62,000 nucleotides of DNA from Chiloscyllium plagiosum (lineage: Eukaryota): the NCBI RefSeq assembly GCF_004010195.1, contig NC_057718.1, forward strand, positions 74,593,403 to 74,655,402, given 5' to 3'. The first letter of the stretch is position 1. The number at the start of each line of letters is the position of its first letter. The translations under genes and the position numbers were made by a program. Of the stretch, positions 59,915 through 62,000 are shown piece after piece. Under the pieces are notes generated by a model that worked only from the letters and a program-made list of their open reading frames with translations, was not told the DNA's origin and did not search any database.

Positions 59915-60480
59915 ACTTTATGTTGCCACCAAACTTAGATACATTACGCTCAGCCCTTTCAGCTAAATCATTAATACAAAAATCATTGATACCTACTGAA
60001 TCCTGCTATGCTCTGTTAATTATGGCCTGCCAGGCAGGAAATGTCCCATTTATTCTTACTGTCTGGTTTCAGGCCATGAAACAATCTTAAATCCATATTA
60101 TTGTCCAATCCCATGAGTTCTAATTTTGAATAATAACTTCTTATATGACTTTCTAATTCTTTTGTAAATTTATGTAATTACATTCACTGACTCCCCCATT
60201 TATCTTACTAGTTACATCCTCAAAAGTCTCTAAAGCCTTTGCCAAAGACAATTTGCCATTCACAAACTCCACAGACTCTGTTTACTCACATGCTAATTTT
60301 CTAAGTTTTCATTTACCATGTCCTTAATTACAGATTTTAGCATTTTGTCTACTAGAGATGTTAGGATAACTAGCACTTAGTTCCCATGTTTTTCACATCC
60401 TCATTTCTTAAATAGTAGGATTATGTTTGGTACTTTCCAATTCTTGAAAACTGTCTTAGGATTCAACAAATTCTGGAACT
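59915..60480 (-). mobile_element. Very old CR1-type RT fragment
   Basis: Degenerate match to the minus-strand CR1 RT copies (gttacatcctcaaaa, tttgccattcacaaactcc, ttcttaaatagtagg). Confidence 0.5.
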
Positions 60481-60983
60481 GGAATAATTATAAAAAATGC
60501 AATATGGCAACCATCCACGCACAGATGTAACTTGGTTGTGACAGACTGCAAGAATCTTCTGTGCGTGCAGTGATGATATATCACCATACTCTGTGGAAGG
60601 TTGGATTGGGTAAGAGGTGGTGGTGGTGGGGGGTGGTGGTGGTAGAAGGAGAAGTCAGAATTGGGATGTGGACAACTGGTCACGGGTGCTCTCCAGCTGC
60701 TGCTTGACCCTTCTCCCTCTCCCTGCTAGGGAAGCCTACTTGAAGCTGTTTAGGACCTGCCCCATTATTTGCACTTGCCTCCATTATTGACACTTCCAGC
60801 ACCATCCAGTAGTGCTACTTCCTTCTGTCATTTCCATAATGCTGGGTTATGACACAGCGCGTGTGTGCTCTTTGTGCCACCCAGTGGTAGCATTTATAAT
60901 AAACGTGGCCTTCTGGACCATCAAAATCAATGCATCCATTACCTGCAAATATCTCTTTTAAAATCTGAGGATGCAGATCATCA

Positions 60984-61185
60984 AGTCTATTTATTGCCAC
61001 TTAATTTCATTAATTTCTGATTTCTTTTGGTGTTCCTTCTTGCTGGACCCTTGGTTCCTCATGGGCGGCACGGTGGCACAGTGGTTAGCACTGCTGCCTC
61101 GCAGCGAGTCTATTTATTGCCACTTAATTTCATTAATTTCTGATTTCTTTTGGTGTTCCTTCTTGCTGGACCCTTGGTTCCTCAT
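60984..61185 (+). repeat. Perfect 79-bp direct repeat flanking a 44-bp HE1 SINE head
   Basis: Copies at 60984-61062 and 61107-61185; insert gggcggcacggtggcacagtggttagcactgctgcctcgcagcg at 61063-61106. Confidence 0.92.
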
Positions 61186-61499
61186 TACTTCAGGAACATT
61201 TCATCTGGCTTTTATAATGAAAACTGATGCAAAATATTTGTTTGCATTCACTCTCATCTCCTTATTACCCAGTCAAATTTCACCTGTCCCTGCCACTAAT
61301 TGGGTCCATATTTACTTTCACTCATCTCTTTCCTCAACTATAAAAACCTCAACATATGCTTCCCAACCAATCAGAAGACGCTGCACCAATTGTCCTAGTT
61401 TCACTCATACATTCATCTGTTGCTTTGTTCTCTTATAAACACGAATATTACACCCATTTTCTTAGCAAGTGAGTTTAATTTCAAAAAGTATACTTTATT

Positions 61500-61833
61500 C
61501 AGAAAATCCCTACACTGTGGAAGCAGGTCATTTGGTCCATTGAGCCCACTTCCAAAGAATATCCCACCAGACCCAGCCGATTCCTGTAACCCTGCATTTT
61601 AAATGGCTAAGCCACCTAGCCTACCTATTTCTGGTCACTATGGGACAATTCAGCATGGCTGATTCACCTAACCTGCAGGTCTTTGGACTGTGAAAGGAAA
61701 CTGCAGCACCTGGAGGAAACCCATGCAGGCATAGGGAAAATGTGCCAACTCCACTCAGACAGTCACCTGAAGCTGGAACTGAACCTAAGTCTCTAGCACT
61801 GCGAGGCAGCAGTGCTAACCACTGAGCCACCAT
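61500..61833 (-). mobile_element. HE1-type V-SINE
   Basis: Reverse-complement head, V-domain and tail. Confidence 0.88.
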
Positions 61834-62000
61834 ACTGTCACTTGGCTCCTCTCTTGCTTTCCTCTGCAGCCTTAAGTAAATCTCATCTGAGCCTCAAGAT
61901 TTATCCACTCTCAAGTCTGCTAAAATTGCTAACATCTCCTCTCTCTCAATATTAATTCATTCTTAATGTTAATTTATTTAAAAAAAAACTTTATATGTAT

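Noticed and set aside
60971..61438. 155-aa ORF with internal peptide repeat
   Set aside because: It is created by the 79-bp duplication plus the SINE head (123-nt period); no coding evidence.
1..62000. CRISPR arrays or prokaryotic operons
   Set aside because: No regularly spaced repeats and no gene-dense structure; the sequence is vertebrate genomic DNA.

Overview
Eukaryotic, repeat-dense vertebrate DNA, very probably from a shark or other elasmobranch. That call is an inference from HE1-type V-SINEs, HER1/CR1-type LINEs and abundant Penelope-like elements (PLEs). The only host gene I can support is the last coding exon of MEI4 (meiotic double-strand-break factor) on the minus strand at 7666-7911, which the ORF track missed. 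Everything to its right is probably one large MEI4 intron. The rest of the window is nested, decayed transposons: CR1 LINEs, several SINE families, a Gypsy LTR element with Gmr1-like layout (35559-41541), Harbinger transposase and Myb/SANT remnants, and at least four PLE terminal-repeat families. The most notable pattern is that the PLE termini carry minimal hammerhead-ribozyme cores (CUGANGA-stem II-GAAA-CGUC) and recur as fold-back insertions of about 90 bp to 10 kb, flanked by 11-15 bp target-site duplications (TSDs). These include tiny non-coding palindromes and a perfect back-to-back ribozyme pair at 39042-39142. Family assignments rest on remembered motifs, not database searches, and most element boundaries are approximate. 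Two N gaps and a probable poly-G artefact limit certainty.
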